64,000 bases of DNA from Chthoniobacterales bacterium (GCA_040881855.1 JBBECM010000073.1:12515-76514), one strand, 5' to 3'. Positions 47,640-57,360 are shown, counted from the first letter of the stretch. Numbers and translations: made by a program. Notes: generated from the letters alone by a model not told the origin.

Positions 47640-48571
47640 AACTCCACGGCCTCCACCACGTCACCGCGATCACCGCGCGCGCCGGCGACAACCATGATTT
47701 TTACACGCGTACCCTCGGACTGCGTTTGGTCAAGAAGACGGTCAACCAGGATGACGTCTCGGCCTACCATCTTTTTTACGCCGATGCCGCCGGCACGCCG
47801 GGGACCGATCTGACTTTTTTCGATTGGCCCGCCGCACCCGAGCGCCGCGGCACACGCAGCGTGACCCGGACCGGACTGCGCGTCGGCAGCATCGCCACGC
47901 TCGAGTGGTGGCGCGATCGGCTGGGCTTGCCGGATTCGGTCACCGAGCGCAACGGGAGGCCGGTCTTGGATTTTGAGGACCCGGAAGGGCAACGCTTGAG
48001 CTTCGTCGTCGACGCGGAACCGGCGGCCGCGGTGTGGGACCGCAGTTCCGTTCCCGCCGGGCACCAGATCCGCGGTCTGGGTCCCCTGCTCCTCAGCGTG
48101 CCGACCTTCGAACCGACCGACCGCGTCTTTCGCGAAATCCTCCACCTGGAAAACACCGGCACTTACCCGATGGACGGACACAACGTGCACGTCTACCGGA
48201 CCGGCCCAAGCGCCGGTGCCGCCCGCGAACTTCATTTGCGAGTCGATCCGGACACTCCCGCCGCGCGCCAAGGCGCCGGCGGCGTGCATCATCTGGCCCT
48301 CCGCACCACGCAGGCCGACTACCACGCTTGGGCGCGACACTTGGCCGGGTCCGGCATGCCGAACAGCGGCCCGGTCGACCGGTATTGGTTCCGCAGCCTC
48401 TATTTTCGCGAGCCCAATGGCCTCCTTATCGAGATCGCCACGGACGAACCCGGCTTCACCGCCGACGAGCCGCTCGAAGCGCTCGGATCGGCACTTTCCC
48501 TACCGCCGTTCCTCGAGCCGTGCCGGAGCCACATCGAATCCGGCCTTGTGGCCTTGCCGGCCTCCGGCTGA
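47636..48571 (+). CDS. ring-cleaving dioxygenase / glyoxalase (VOC) family protein, two-domain (MhqO/YfiE-like)
   Basis: LHGLHHVTAITA...DFYTRTLGLRLVKKTVN, a second module GGVHHLALRT, and YFREPNGLLIEIATDEPGF. The GTG start overlaps the DUF2071 stop (GTGA). The 707-aa track ORF is real only in its last 311 codons. Confidence 0.85.
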   Translation: MKLHGLHHVTAITARAGDNHDFYTRTLGLRLVKKTVNQDDVSAYHLFYADAAGTPGTDLTFFDWPAAPERRGTRSVTRTGLRVGSIATLEWWRDRLGLPDSVTERNGRPVLDFEDPEGQRLSFVVDAEPAAAVWDRSSVPAGHQIRGLGPLLLSVPTFEPTDRVFREILHLENTGTYPMDGHNVHVYRTGPSAGAARELHLRVDPDTPAARQGAGGVHHLALRTTQADYHAWARHLAGSGMPNSGPVDRYWFRSLYFREPNGLLIEIATDEPGFTADEPLEALGSALSLPPFLEPCRSHIESGLVALPASG

Positions 48572-48590
48572 ACAACGCGCACGCGGCCGA

Positions 48591-49232
48591 TCAATAAAGC
48601 AACTGCCGCGACTCCTCGGTGAGGTGGAAAGTGGAATTGACCACGAGAAACCGCCACTGGTCCTCCGCCCACGCCGCCATGCTCACCGCGGCATTGTGGA
48701 AACGGAATGCGCGCGGGATGTGCTCGCGCGGCGCCGGATTGCCGTGCTCGAGCATGTGCGTGTGCAGCGCGTTGAGTGCCCCACCGTGACTGAACAACGC
48801 CACGTGCACCTGCGGTCCGGACGCAACCTCCTCCAGCACTTCCCGCGTCCGTTTCATCAAGGCGCGCCGCGACTCCCCGCCCGGCAGCACCGCGTCGAAA
48901 TCGCCGCTCCGCCAGCGCTCCACCGCCAACGGGTCGGTCAATTCGCACTCGGCCACGGTCTTTCCCTCGAGAATCCCGAAACCCAACTCGCGCAAACGCG
49001 CGTCCGGTTCGACCACCAGCCCGAGCGCCCCGCCCAACGGCTCCGCCGTCGCCACGGCACGCCCGAGATCGCTGCTCACAATGCGCTCGATCGGATAGCG
49101 CCGGAGGAATTCCGCCGTCTGGCGCGCCTGGGCGCGGCCGCGCGCGTTGAGCGGAATATCCATCTGCCCCATGGCCCGCCCCTCCGCATTGTGGTCGGTT
49201 TCTCCATGGCGGATGAGGTAGACGGTCTTCAT
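48591..49232 (-). CDS. histidine phosphatase family protein (GpmB/CobC-like)
   Basis: VYLIRHGETDHN (RHGE motif), RIVSSDLGRA, and FSHGGAL. Confidence 0.85.
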   Translation of the reverse strand: MKTVYLIRHGETDHNAEGRAMGQMDIPLNARGRAQARQTAEFLRRYPIERIVSSDLGRAVATAEPLGGALGLVVEPDARLRELGFGILEGKTVAECELTDPLAVERWRSGDFDAVLPGGESRRALMKRTREVLEEVASGPQVHVALFSHGGALNALHTHMLEHGNPAPREHIPRAFRFHNAAVSMAAWAEDQWRFLVVNSTFHLTEESRQLLY

Positions 49233-49312
49233 GTCCTTGCGTGCGCGCGAGCGATTCCGTATAGACGGCGACCGGCCAATTGCAACCCGCGCGGTTTGCG
49301 GCCGCTCACTTT

Positions 49313-50059
49313 ATGCACAAACTCGTATTGCTCAGGCACGGCGAAAGCACGTGGAACAAGGAGAACCGCTTCACCGGGTGGACCGATGTCGATCTGACCG
49401 AACAGGGCCGCGAGGAAGCCAAGGTGGCCGGGGAAGTCCTGAAAAAGGACGGATATTCGTTCGACCTCGCCTACTGCTCGGTGCTCAAGCGCGCCCTGCG
49501 CACCCTTTGGATCGTTCTCGACGAACTCGACGAACTTTGGATCCCGGTGGAAAAAACCTGGCGGCTCAACGAGCGGCACTACGGCGGGCTGCAGGGGCTG
49601 AACAAATCCGAGACCGCCGCCAAATACGGCGAGGATCAGGTGCTCGTCTGGCGCCGCAGCTATGACGTCCCGCCGCCGCCGCTGGAGAAATCCGACGAGC
49701 GTTATCCCGGTCACGACCCGCGCTACAAGGACGTCCCGGCCGCTGAACTTCCGCTCACCGAATGCCTCAAGGATACGGTCGACCGCTTTCTGCCCTACTG
49801 GCACGAGGTCATCGCCCCGCAGGTCAAAGCCGGCAAAAAGGTCGTCATCGCCGCCCACGGCAACTCGTTGCGCGCCCTGGTCAAATACCTCGACAATTTG
49901 TCCGAGGAAGAAGTTCTCAAGCTCAACATCCCCACCGGCGTGCCGCTTGTTTACCAACTCGAGGCCGACCTCAAACCGCTCAAGCACTACTACCTCGGCG
50001 ACCAGGAAGCCATCGCCGCCGCCATGGCCGCCGTCGCCTCGCAGGGCAAAGCCAAGTAG
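49313..50059 (+). CDS. gpmA: 2,3-bisphosphoglycerate-dependent phosphoglycerate mutase
   Basis: [57 protein letters not shown]. Track ORF trimmed to the ATG at 49313. Confidence 0.93.
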   Translation: MHKLVLLRHGESTWNKENRFTGWTDVDLTEQGREEAKVAGEVLKKDGYSFDLAYCSVLKRALRTLWIVLDELDELWIPVEKTWRLNERHYGGLQGLNKSETAAKYGEDQVLVWRRSYDVPPPPLEKSDERYPGHDPRYKDVPAAELPLTECLKDTVDRFLPYWHEVIAPQVKAGKKVVIAAHGNSLRALVKYLDNLSEEEVLKLNIPTGVPLVYQLEADLKPLKHYYLGDQEAIAAAMAAVASQGKAK

Positions 50060-50069
50060 GCTCCCCCCC

Positions 50070-51632
50070 ATGAACCGTCCCGCACCGGAAAACTGGTCCA
50101 CCCGAATCGGCGTTATCCTCGCGGTGACCGGCAGCGCGGTCGGACTCGGCAACTTTCTCCGCTTCCCCGGCCTCGCCGCCAAATATGACGGCGGGGCCTT
50201 CATGATCCCCTACTTCGTCGCGCTCATTCTGCTCGGACTGCCTCTCGCCTGGGCCGAGTGGTCGATGGGGCGTTACGGTGGGACGCGCGGGCACCACTCC
50301 GCTCCGGGTATCTTCCGGCTCATCTGGAAAAACAAAGCCGCCCCCTACCTCGGCGTGCTCGGTCTCATCGTGCCCGTGGTCATCTACATGTATTATGTCT
50401 TCATCGAGTCGTGGTGCCTCGGCTACGCGTGGCATTATTTGACCGGGGCGATGGATCTCGGACGCGACCCCGAGGCCTACCAGAGCTTTTTCGCCGGCTA
50501 CACCGGGATGGAAGCCGATGCCTCCATCTTCGCCGGATTCCTCGGCACGCCGCTCGTTTTTCTCATCATCTGCATCGCCCTCAACTTCATCCTCATCAAC
50601 CGCGGACTGACCCGCGGCATCGAGCTTTTCTGCCTCTGGGCCATGCCCGCGCTCGCCGTCTGCGCCGTGCTGGTCCTCCTCCGCGTCCTCACCCTCGGCA
50701 CCCCCGACCCGTCCAAGCCGGAACTCAATGTCCTCGCCGGACTCGGCCAGATGTGGAACCTCGACGCCGGCGGCAAATCGATCTGGGAACAACTGGCCAA
50801 CGGCAAAATGTGGATGGAAGCCGCCGGGCAAATCTTCTTCTCCCTCTCGGTCGGCTTCGGCGTGATCATCACCTACGCCAGCTACATGCGGCACGATGAT
50901 GACATCGCCCTCAGCTCGACCACCGCGGTGGCCGGCAACGAATTTTTCGAAGTCTCCCTCGGCGGCATGATCACCATCCCCGCGGCCTTCGTCTTCCTCG
51001 GCGCGGCCGGCGCGGTCGGCGGCACCTTCGCCTTGGGCTTCAATACCCTGCCCCTCGTCTTCGAATCCATGCCGCTCGGACGCTGGGTCGGCTTCCTCTG
51101 GTTCTTTCTCCTCTTCCTCGCCGCCATCACCAGCTCGCTCTCCATGCTGCAACCGGCCATCGCCTTCCTGCAGGAGGGACTCGGACTGACCCGCACCCGC
51201 GCCGCCGCCGTCCTCTGCGGCGTCGGCACGGCAGGCACGCTGCTCGTTGTTTGGTTCAGCAAAAACCTCACCGCGATGGACACGCTCGACTTCTGGGTCG
51301 GCACTTTCTGCATCTACCTGCTGGCCTGTTTGCAGACTTTTCTCTTCGGCTGGGTCTTCACCCCGCAGCGCGGACTCGAAGAACTCGACCGCGGGGCCGA
51401 CCTGCGAGTCCCGCGCGTGTTCGGGTTTGTCATCAAATACATCTCACCCGTTTACCTGCTGGTCGTCTTTGCCGCCTGGGCCGTGCAAGACATGGGCAAC
51501 CGGGTGGAAGCCTTCGCCTCGGACCCCGCCGTGCGCTGGTCGATGCTCTTCCTCGTCGCCGTCTTCGCTCTTTTCCTCTGGTGGATCCGGATCGCGGTCA
51601 AACGCTGGAACATGGAGGAACAAGGCTCATGA
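50070..51632 (+). CDS. neurotransmitter:sodium symporter (NSS/SNF) family transporter
   Basis: WSTRIGVILAVTGSAVGLGNFLRFP (NSS TM1 signature). About 12 TM helices. ATG at 50070. Confidence 0.9.
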   Translation: MNRPAPENWSTRIGVILAVTGSAVGLGNFLRFPGLAAKYDGGAFMIPYFVALILLGLPLAWAEWSMGRYGGTRGHHSAPGIFRLIWKNKAAPYLGVLGLIVPVVIYMYYVFIESWCLGYAWHYLTGAMDLGRDPEAYQSFFAGYTGMEADASIFAGFLGTPLVFLIICIALNFILINRGLTRGIELFCLWAMPALAVCAVLVLLRVLTLGTPDPSKPELNVLAGLGQMWNLDAGGKSIWEQLANGKMWMEAAGQIFFSLSVGFGVIITYASYMRHDDDIALSSTTAVAGNEFFEVSLGGMITIPAAFVFLGAAGAVGGTFALGFNTLPLVFESMPLGRWVGFLWFFLLFLAAITSSLSMLQPAIAFLQEGLGLTRTRAAAVLCGVGTAGTLLVVWFSKNLTAMDTLDFWVGTFCIYLLACLQTFLFGWVFTPQRGLEELDRGADLRVPRVFGFVIKYISPVYLLVVFAAWAVQDMGNRVEAFASDPAVRWSMLFLVAVFALFLWWIRIAVKRWNMEEQGS

Positions 51633-51817
51633 CGACCAGCGGCTGGATCATCATGCTCCTCTCGGTCGGCGGCACCACGGGATTCTTCGTCTGGTGCATC
51701 CGCCGCGTGCTCGGTCCCCCGGACCGCACCCGCAAAATGCGCGGCGTCCTCGATACCGAACTCGAAATCGAGGAAGAGGAACGTCAACGCCGCCGCGAGG
51801 AACGCGGACACGAGTAA
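51629..51817 (+). CDS. putative NSS-transporter small subunit (MetS-like single-TM peptide with charged tail)
   Basis: The ATG overlaps the NSS stop (ATGA). MTTSGWIIMLLSVGGTTGFFVWCIRRV is one TM helix, followed by an E/R-rich tail. Position and size match the small subunits found after NSS genes. Confidence 0.55.
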   Translation: MTTSGWIIMLLSVGGTTGFFVWCIRRVLGPPDRTRKMRGVLDTELEIEEEERQRRREERGHE

Positions 51818-51825
51818 ACGGACAA

Positions 51826-51882
51826 GTGGCATCGGCATCCTGCCGATGAAACCGGCCTCCACGGGCAGGATGCCCGTGCCAC
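51826..51882. repeat. double-hairpin intergenic repeat, copy A (inverted relative to B/C)
   Basis: GTGGCATCGGCATCCTGCCGATG-N11-CACGGGCAGGATGCCCGTGCCAC. This is the reverse complement of the unit seen at 55099 and 60732. Confidence 0.85.
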
Positions 51883-51891
51883 TCTGCGCAG

Positions 51892-52374
51892 CTACACAAC
51901 TGGAGCGGCACCGTCCCCGGTGCCGAAACCGGGCGCCCGTAACACCGGCGCGCGCTCCGGACGCCACGGATTCACCGCAAATCCCGCCGCTTCCAACTCC
52001 CCCGCGGTGGCCACCGCCACTGTCACCACCTCCGCGACGATCACGCCCTCGTATTCCCCCGGCAGAGATCCGAACAACTCCGCCGACCGCCGGAACAAGC
52101 GCGCCGCCGGACGCAGCCGGCGTCCGTGAATCCGGTGGGAAGGCTCACGGTGATGGTGCTGCAAGTGCACGTAACCGCCGGCCAATTGGATCAGCGCCTT
52201 GTAAAAAAGATACCGTTCCCCGTCCGACCCCAGCCAGATGTGCTCCAGCACATCGTGCGCCTCGTAGTAAGATTGCGCGTTGAACAGCCGGAAATACTCG
52301 AGGTAGCACGGATGATACTCCCCCAGCCTCGCCAACCCCGCCACCCGCGCGGCGATCTCGTCATGCTTGCCCAT
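51892..52374 (-). CDS. DUF309 domain protein
   Basis: YFRLFNAQSYYEAHDVLEHIW...YKALIQLAGGYVHL is the DUF309 core. Confidence 0.75.
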   Translation of the reverse strand: MGKHDEIAARVAGLARLGEYHPCYLEYFRLFNAQSYYEAHDVLEHIWLGSDGERYLFYKALIQLAGGYVHLQHHHREPSHRIHGRRLRPAARLFRRSAELFGSLPGEYEGVIVAEVVTVAVATAGELEAAGFAVNPWRPERAPVLRAPGFGTGDGAAPVV

Positions 52375-52383
52375 GACCGGCCC

Positions 52384-53226
52384 TCAAGCCGCCCCAATGG
52401 CCGCGTGGTCGATCGTCTTCAGCCGCTTGTCCTTCGAACCAAGACGCGGGATACAATCGATCAAAGCCCGCGTGTAGGCGTGCTTCGGATCACGCAGAAT
52501 TTCCGCCGTCGGACCCTGTTCGACGATTCTTCCGCGATACATGACAAGCACGCGCGAGGCGAAGCCGGAAACGATGCCGAAATTGTGCGTGATGAGGATG
52601 ACCGACATGCCGAAGCGCTCTTTGAGCGACCCGAGCAGTTCCATGATCTGCGCCTGAATGGTCACATCGAGCGCGGTGGTCGGCTCGTCGGCCACGAGCA
52701 CATCGGGCTGACAAGCCAGCGCCATGGCGATCATGACGCGTTGCTGCATGCCGCCGCTCAACTGGTGCGGATAGTCATGCATGCGCGCCGCGGGATCGAC
52801 GATGCCCACCGCGTCGAGCCAGCGCACGATCTCGGCGTCGACATCGGTCACGTCCGGACGGTGCAATCGGACCGCTTCGCCGATCTGCGTGCGCACGGTG
52901 TAGACCGGATTGAGCGATGTGCTCGGCTCTTGGAAAATGTAGGCGATCTTGCCCCCGCGCAGTTTGCGCAACTGGGCCGCAGCCATCTTCATGACGTTCT
53001 CGCCTTGGAAAAGGATTTCGCCGCGTTTGATCCGCGCCGGCGGCACGGGCAGAAGGCGCGTCAAGGCCAGCGCCGTCACGCTCTTACCGCTGCCGCTCTC
53101 GCCCACGATGGCCAGCGTCTCGCCCGCGGCCAGTTCGAAGGATGCATCTTTCACCGCCTCGATCGTGCGGTCCTCGAGGATGAAATCGATGGAGAGATCG
53201 CGGACTTGGAGGATGGGTTGAATCAT
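52384..53226 (-). CDS. oligopeptide/dipeptide ABC transporter ATP-binding protein (DppD/OppD-like)
   Basis: Walker A GESGSGKS, signature LSGGMQQRVMIAMAL, Walker B LVADEPTTALD. Confidence 0.9.
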   Translation of the reverse strand: MIQPILQVRDLSIDFILEDRTIEAVKDASFELAAGETLAIVGESGSGKSVTALALTRLLPVPPARIKRGEILFQGENVMKMAAAQLRKLRGGKIAYIFQEPSTSLNPVYTVRTQIGEAVRLHRPDVTDVDAEIVRWLDAVGIVDPAARMHDYPHQLSGGMQQRVMIAMALACQPDVLVADEPTTALDVTIQAQIMELLGSLKERFGMSVILITHNFGIVSGFASRVLVMYRGRIVEQGPTAEILRDPKHAYTRALIDCIPRLGSKDKRLKTIDHAAIGAA

Positions 53227-54122
53227 TGTCTTTCCGACCGGGTTTCCACCGCTTGGCGCAATGCGTCACCCGTCAGGTAAAACGACAGTGCCGCGAGCAG
53301 AATGGCAAGCCCGGGAAATAAAATCAGCCACCAAGCATCGAGGATATAGGTCTTCCCGTCGGCAATGATATTGCCCCACGTGGCCTGGGGAGGTTGCACG
53401 CCGAAGCCGAGGAAGCTCAGTCCGGCCTCGGCCAGGATGGCCTCGGGGACACCGAGCACGGCGGTGACGAGGATCGGGGCGGCCGCATTGGGCAGGAGGT
53501 GGCGGAAGATGATTTTTGGGCCGCGCTGACCGAGCGCCCGCGCGGCTTGCACATAGGCGGATTCGCGCAGGGTGAGAAATTCCGCCCGCACCAGACGCGC
53601 TGTGCCGGTCCAACTGACCAGACCGATAACGATGATGATGTTGAAAATGCTCGGACCAACCAGCGCCACCGCGGTGAGAATCAAAAAGAACGTGGGGAAA
53701 CACATGATGGCATCAACCACGCGCATGATCAGATTGTCGACCCACTTGCCAAAATACCCCGCGACCGCACCGACGGTCACCCCGATGGAGAGCGAAACGA
53801 ACACTGCGACAAAACCGACGGTGAGTGAAATGTAGGCGCCGTTGAGCAGGCGGCTGAAGACATCGCGTCCGAGATTGTCCGTCCCGAGCCAGTTGACCGA
53901 ATCCGGCGGCATCAACTTGCGCTCGAGATTGGTCGCATTCGGATCCATCGGCCACGGGATGCCGAGACGGTCGAGAATGAAGAAAGTCAGCGCAACCACC
54001 CCGAGCAGGCAGACCATGCCTAGGGCGAACAAGCCGATCTTGTTCGCCTTGAAACGTCGCAAGGTCCGCGCGGCCGGACTGGCTGCGGCAGCAGGGAGAG
54101 GTTCCGGTGTCGTCGTGATCAC
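53223..54122 (-). CDS. peptide ABC transporter permease (DppC/OppC-like)
   Basis: WLGTDNLGRDVFSRLL, and the EAA loop ESAYVQAARALGQRGPKIIFRHLLPN. The GTG start at 54122 overlaps the upstream stop (GTGA). The track's N-terminal extension is R/G-rich artefact. Confidence 0.88.
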   Translation of the reverse strand: MITTTPEPLPAAAASPAARTLRRFKANKIGLFALGMVCLLGVVALTFFILDRLGIPWPMDPNATNLERKLMPPDSVNWLGTDNLGRDVFSRLLNGAYISLTVGFVAVFVSLSIGVTVGAVAGYFGKWVDNLIMRVVDAIMCFPTFFLILTAVALVGPSIFNIIIVIGLVSWTGTARLVRAEFLTLRESAYVQAARALGQRGPKIIFRHLLPNAAAPILVTAVLGVPEAILAEAGLSFLGFGVQPPQATWGNIIADGKTYILDAWWLILFPGLAILLAALSFYLTGDALRQAVETRSERQ

Positions 54123-55081
54123 TCCAGTCGCACCCTCGGATCGACCACCGCGTAGAGCACGTCGGCCAGCAAGTTGCCCAGCAGGACAAGCGCGGCGGTG
54201 ACGAAGTTGAGCGCCACCAGCGTGGGATAATCGCGCTCCAGCACCGCCTCGTAGCCCAGACGCCCCATCCCGGGGTAGGCGAAAATATTTTCGATGATCA
54301 CCGCCCCGCCGATCAGGGCGGGCAGGAGCATGCCGATGCCCGTGATGAGCGGACGGACCGAATTGCGCAGGGCGTGGCGGTAAAAGACCGCGTTCTCGTC
54401 GAGCCCCTTGGCCCGCGCCGTGCGGATGTAATCCTCGCGCAAGGTTTCGATCATGCTCGCCCGGATGAAACGCGACTGCACCGCGATGCCGCCGATGGCC
54501 AGAATGGAAGCCGGCAACATGACGTGCCACCAGCGGTCGAGAAAGACCTCGAGCCCGTTGGCAAAGGTCACCCCGATGGTGTGCGTGCCGAGGATGGGCA
54601 CGGCGGCATAGTTGACCAGCCCGATGGCCAGAAGATAGGAGACCCAGAAGCCCGGCAGGGCGATGAAAACAAAGGCCAAAACACTCGTGATCACGTCCGG
54701 CGGACGCCCGGCATAGCGCGCCCCGTAAACCCCGAGCATGAGACCGAAACTCAAGGAAAGCGCGAGTGCGCCGAGATTGAGGACCAGGGTGGCCGGAAGA
54801 CGTTCGGCGATTTTCTGCAAGACAGGACGCTCGTCCTTGATGCTGCGCAGCTCTCCCGTGAACAAGTCGCGCATGATGAAGCCGTATTGCTCGTGCAGCG
54901 GACGATCGAGGTGGAATTTCTCGCGGAAGATGCGCTTCACGTCCTCGGAAACTTTCGGGTTCAACTCACCCCACGGATACGGACTGCCGGGCGTCAGTGT
55001 GATGATGAAAAAAGAAATCAGGCTGATGAAAAACAGCAGCACGAGCGAGATGAGCAGGCGGCGGATGATGAACGCGGTCAT
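54119..55081 (-). CDS. peptide ABC transporter permease (DppB/OppB-like)
   Basis: MTAFIIRRLLISLVLLFFISLISFFI, and the EAA loop EDYIRTARAKGLDENAVFYRHALRN. ATG at 55081 was chosen because the longer start would run into the repeat. Confidence 0.88.
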   Translation of the reverse strand: MTAFIIRRLLISLVLLFFISLISFFIITLTPGSPYPWGELNPKVSEDVKRIFREKFHLDRPLHEQYGFIMRDLFTGELRSIKDERPVLQKIAERLPATLVLNLGALALSLSFGLMLGVYGARYAGRPPDVITSVLAFVFIALPGFWVSYLLAIGLVNYAAVPILGTHTIGVTFANGLEVFLDRWWHVMLPASILAIGGIAVQSRFIRASMIETLREDYIRTARAKGLDENAVFYRHALRNSVRPLITGIGMLLPALIGGAVIIENIFAYPGMGRLGYEAVLERDYPTLVALNFVTAALVLLGNLLADVLYAVVDPRVRLE

Positions 55082-55098
55082 GGGTTGTTCCTCTGAAA

Positions 55099-55156
55099 GT
55101 GGCACGGGCATCCTGCCCGTGATGTCCGCCAGTCATCGGCAGGATGCCGATGCCAC
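55099..55156. repeat. double-hairpin intergenic repeat, copy B
   Basis: GTGGCACGGGCATCCTGCCCGTG-N12-CATCGGCAGGATGCCGATGCCAC. It lies in the 100-bp gap between the binding-protein gene and the first permease gene. Confidence 0.85.
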
Positions 55157-55181
55157 TCCGATGCAGTGTGCGGGGATCTCA

Positions 55182-57260
55182 TCACGGCAAGTCCCCCGCG
55201 TATTCCGGACGGTAAAACCATTCAAGGTAATGGCTCCAGCCCGCCTTGCTCATGGTCACCGGTTCGTCGATCCACGTCTCGTCCGGACCCGGACGCTTCA
55301 CCCGGAAGGCGTCTTTCCACATGACCGAGGTTCCTTCCGGCACGAAGAGAAACAAATACGGTTGGTCGTTGTAAATCAACTGCTGCAACTCGCCGCACTG
55401 ACGGATGATTTCCTCGCGGTCGAATTCCTCGCGGATCGATTCGAGCAGACGGTCGGCTTCCTCGCTTTTGTAGCCGACCATGTTGAGCCGCTCGGGCTCG
55501 GTCTGCGTGGAATGCCAGATCTGGAACTGGTCGAACCCCTGCCCCAAGGCCCAGCCGAGCACCACGGCGTCGAATTCACCCTGGTTGACGAAGCGCTTGA
55601 GGAACACGGCCCATTCATACATCTCGACCGTGACCTCGATGCCGACCGCTCGGAGGTTTTCCTGGACCAAGGTGGCAATGTCGCTGCGAATGACATTGCC
55701 GTTGTTCGTGATCAGGGTGAAGGCGAAGCGCTGTCCGTCCTTGACCCGCACGCCATCCGGACCCGGCATCCAACCGGCCGCATCGAGCAATTGCTTGGCC
55801 TTTTCGGGATCGTAGGCCTGCGGTTGCACCCCCGGGTTGAAGAACCACATCTCGGGCGTGAAAATTCCCGTGCTTTGCGTGCCGTAACCGTAGAGCACGT
55901 AGCGGATCATCTGCTCGATATTGACCGCATGGGCCAGCGCCTGCCGCACCCGCAGGTCCTGGAACATGGGCCGCCGCAGGTTCCAGCCGACGTAGTTGTA
56001 GGAATTGCTCGGCGAAGTGAAGAGGGTGAAACGCGCATCCTCACGAAAACTCCCCACCGCCCACGGGTCGACCGACCAGAAATCGACCTGCCGCGTTTCA
56101 AAAGCGAGCCGCAGGGTCAGCGGATCGGGCAGCGAGCGGAAGACAATGCCATCCAAATGCGGACGCCCCTTGAAATAATCGTCATTGCGCGCCACGCGGA
56201 CGAATTGGTTCGTCTTCCACTCGGCGAACTTGAACGGACCCGTCCCGACCGGCGCGCGGTTGAAGGTCAGCGGCCACTGGTCGGGCGCGATGTCCGCCAG
56301 CAAGTGCGCCGGAAGCACACTCATCATCCAGCTTTCCAGCGCGGGGGAAAACGGACGCCGGTAGACCACCCGCACGGTCTGCTCGTCGGACGTGTCGACG
56401 GAGAGCACGAGCTCGTAGTCCGGTTTGCGCGGCGAAGCCACACGGTCATCCATGATCGCGTCGTAGGTGAATTCGACATCGCGCGAAGTGAACGGCGCGC
56501 CGTCGTGCCAGCGCACGTCTTTGTGCAGACGGAACGTCACCTCCGGCTCGGCCAGAAACTCCGGGGCGAGCACCGGCTCGATGAGCAACCCCTCCTCGCC
56601 GAAACGCTCGGCCAGCCAGACACGCAAACGCCCGAGCGTCGACTCCTCGTTGCCCAGAAAAACCAGCTCGCCGAGATTGCCCTTGGTCCAGACGCGCACT
56701 ACCTGCGCGGCCAGATCCTCCGCGGCGAACCTCGACAGCGCGTCATCCAGCGGCTTGGGCGCGGCGATGGACACCGTCCGGGTCGGCATGGCCGCCACGC
56801 CGAATTTTTCGGCCAGCTTGCGCGAATCGCCGACCCCGGGGAGCGACAACTCGAGCACCAGCCGCTTGTCCCCCACGGTGTAGCGCCGTAGATGCAAGGC
56901 CGCGCGGTCGACGATCCCCGCCTCCATGTTGGCCGCGGCCATGACCGCCTCTTCGTCCGTGGCGAAGAAAAACGTGCTCCGCTGGCTCAGGTCCCACGCC
57001 GCAGCCAGGTCGCCGACGATTTCCAGGTCGGCATTGTATTTGAGCAGTCCGTTGAAAACGACGCCCGTGACCGAGCTGGCGGCGGAATCGGCCGCCTGGA
57101 TCGGGTTGAGCGTGGTCGGTTCCCCGATGCTGCCGATATACATCTCGTTTTTCTTGTCCACCGCGACGCGGGCCACCGTCCAGAACGCAACGGCCGTGAC
57201 CGCCGCCAAGAGCAGCGGAATTCCGACAATCAAAGTTCGCACCCGGGGCATCCGGCGCAT
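55182..57260 (-). CDS. ABC transporter substrate-binding protein, family 5 (DppA/OppA-like) with a large N-lobe insertion
   Basis: Family-5 blocks: EPTTLNPIQA, GLLKYNADLEIVGDLAAAWDLS, FRLHKDVRWHDGAPFTSRDVEFTY, GTGPFKFAEW. Track ORF trimmed to the ATG at 57260 (MRRMPRVRTLIVGIPLLLAAV). Confidence 0.85.
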   Translation of the reverse strand: MRRMPRVRTLIVGIPLLLAAVTAVAFWTVARVAVDKKNEMYIGSIGEPTTLNPIQAADSAASSVTGVVFNGLLKYNADLEIVGDLAAAWDLSQRSTFFFATDEEAVMAAANMEAGIVDRAALHLRRYTVGDKRLVLELSLPGVGDSRKLAEKFGVAAMPTRTVSIAAPKPLDDALSRFAAEDLAAQVVRVWTKGNLGELVFLGNEESTLGRLRVWLAERFGEEGLLIEPVLAPEFLAEPEVTFRLHKDVRWHDGAPFTSRDVEFTYDAIMDDRVASPRKPDYELVLSVDTSDEQTVRVVYRRPFSPALESWMMSVLPAHLLADIAPDQWPLTFNRAPVGTGPFKFAEWKTNQFVRVARNDDYFKGRPHLDGIVFRSLPDPLTLRLAFETRQVDFWSVDPWAVGSFREDARFTLFTSPSNSYNYVGWNLRRPMFQDLRVRQALAHAVNIEQMIRYVLYGYGTQSTGIFTPEMWFFNPGVQPQAYDPEKAKQLLDAAGWMPGPDGVRVKDGQRFAFTLITNNGNVIRSDIATLVQENLRAVGIEVTVEMYEWAVFLKRFVNQGEFDAVVLGWALGQGFDQFQIWHSTQTEPERLNMVGYKSEEADRLLESIREEFDREEIIRQCGELQQLIYNDQPYLFLFVPEGTSVMWKDAFRVKRPGPDETWIDEPVTMSKAGWSHYLEWFYRPEYAGDLP

Positions 57261-57360
57261 TTTCCCCGTTAAGAACCTCTTCGCGAGCCAAAAGGGCGTT
57301 CGCCACAGCCTGTTTTCCCTTTGCAGGGCAGGCCCCCGCCGCATTAAGCTCGCTTTTCTG

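Noticed and set aside
55099-55120. TGGCAC within each repeat arm as sigma-54 -24 boxes
   Set aside because: In TGGCACGGGCATCCTGC the downstream GC is displaced by 2 nt from the required -24/-12 spacing. The motif is explained by the hairpin repeat itself.
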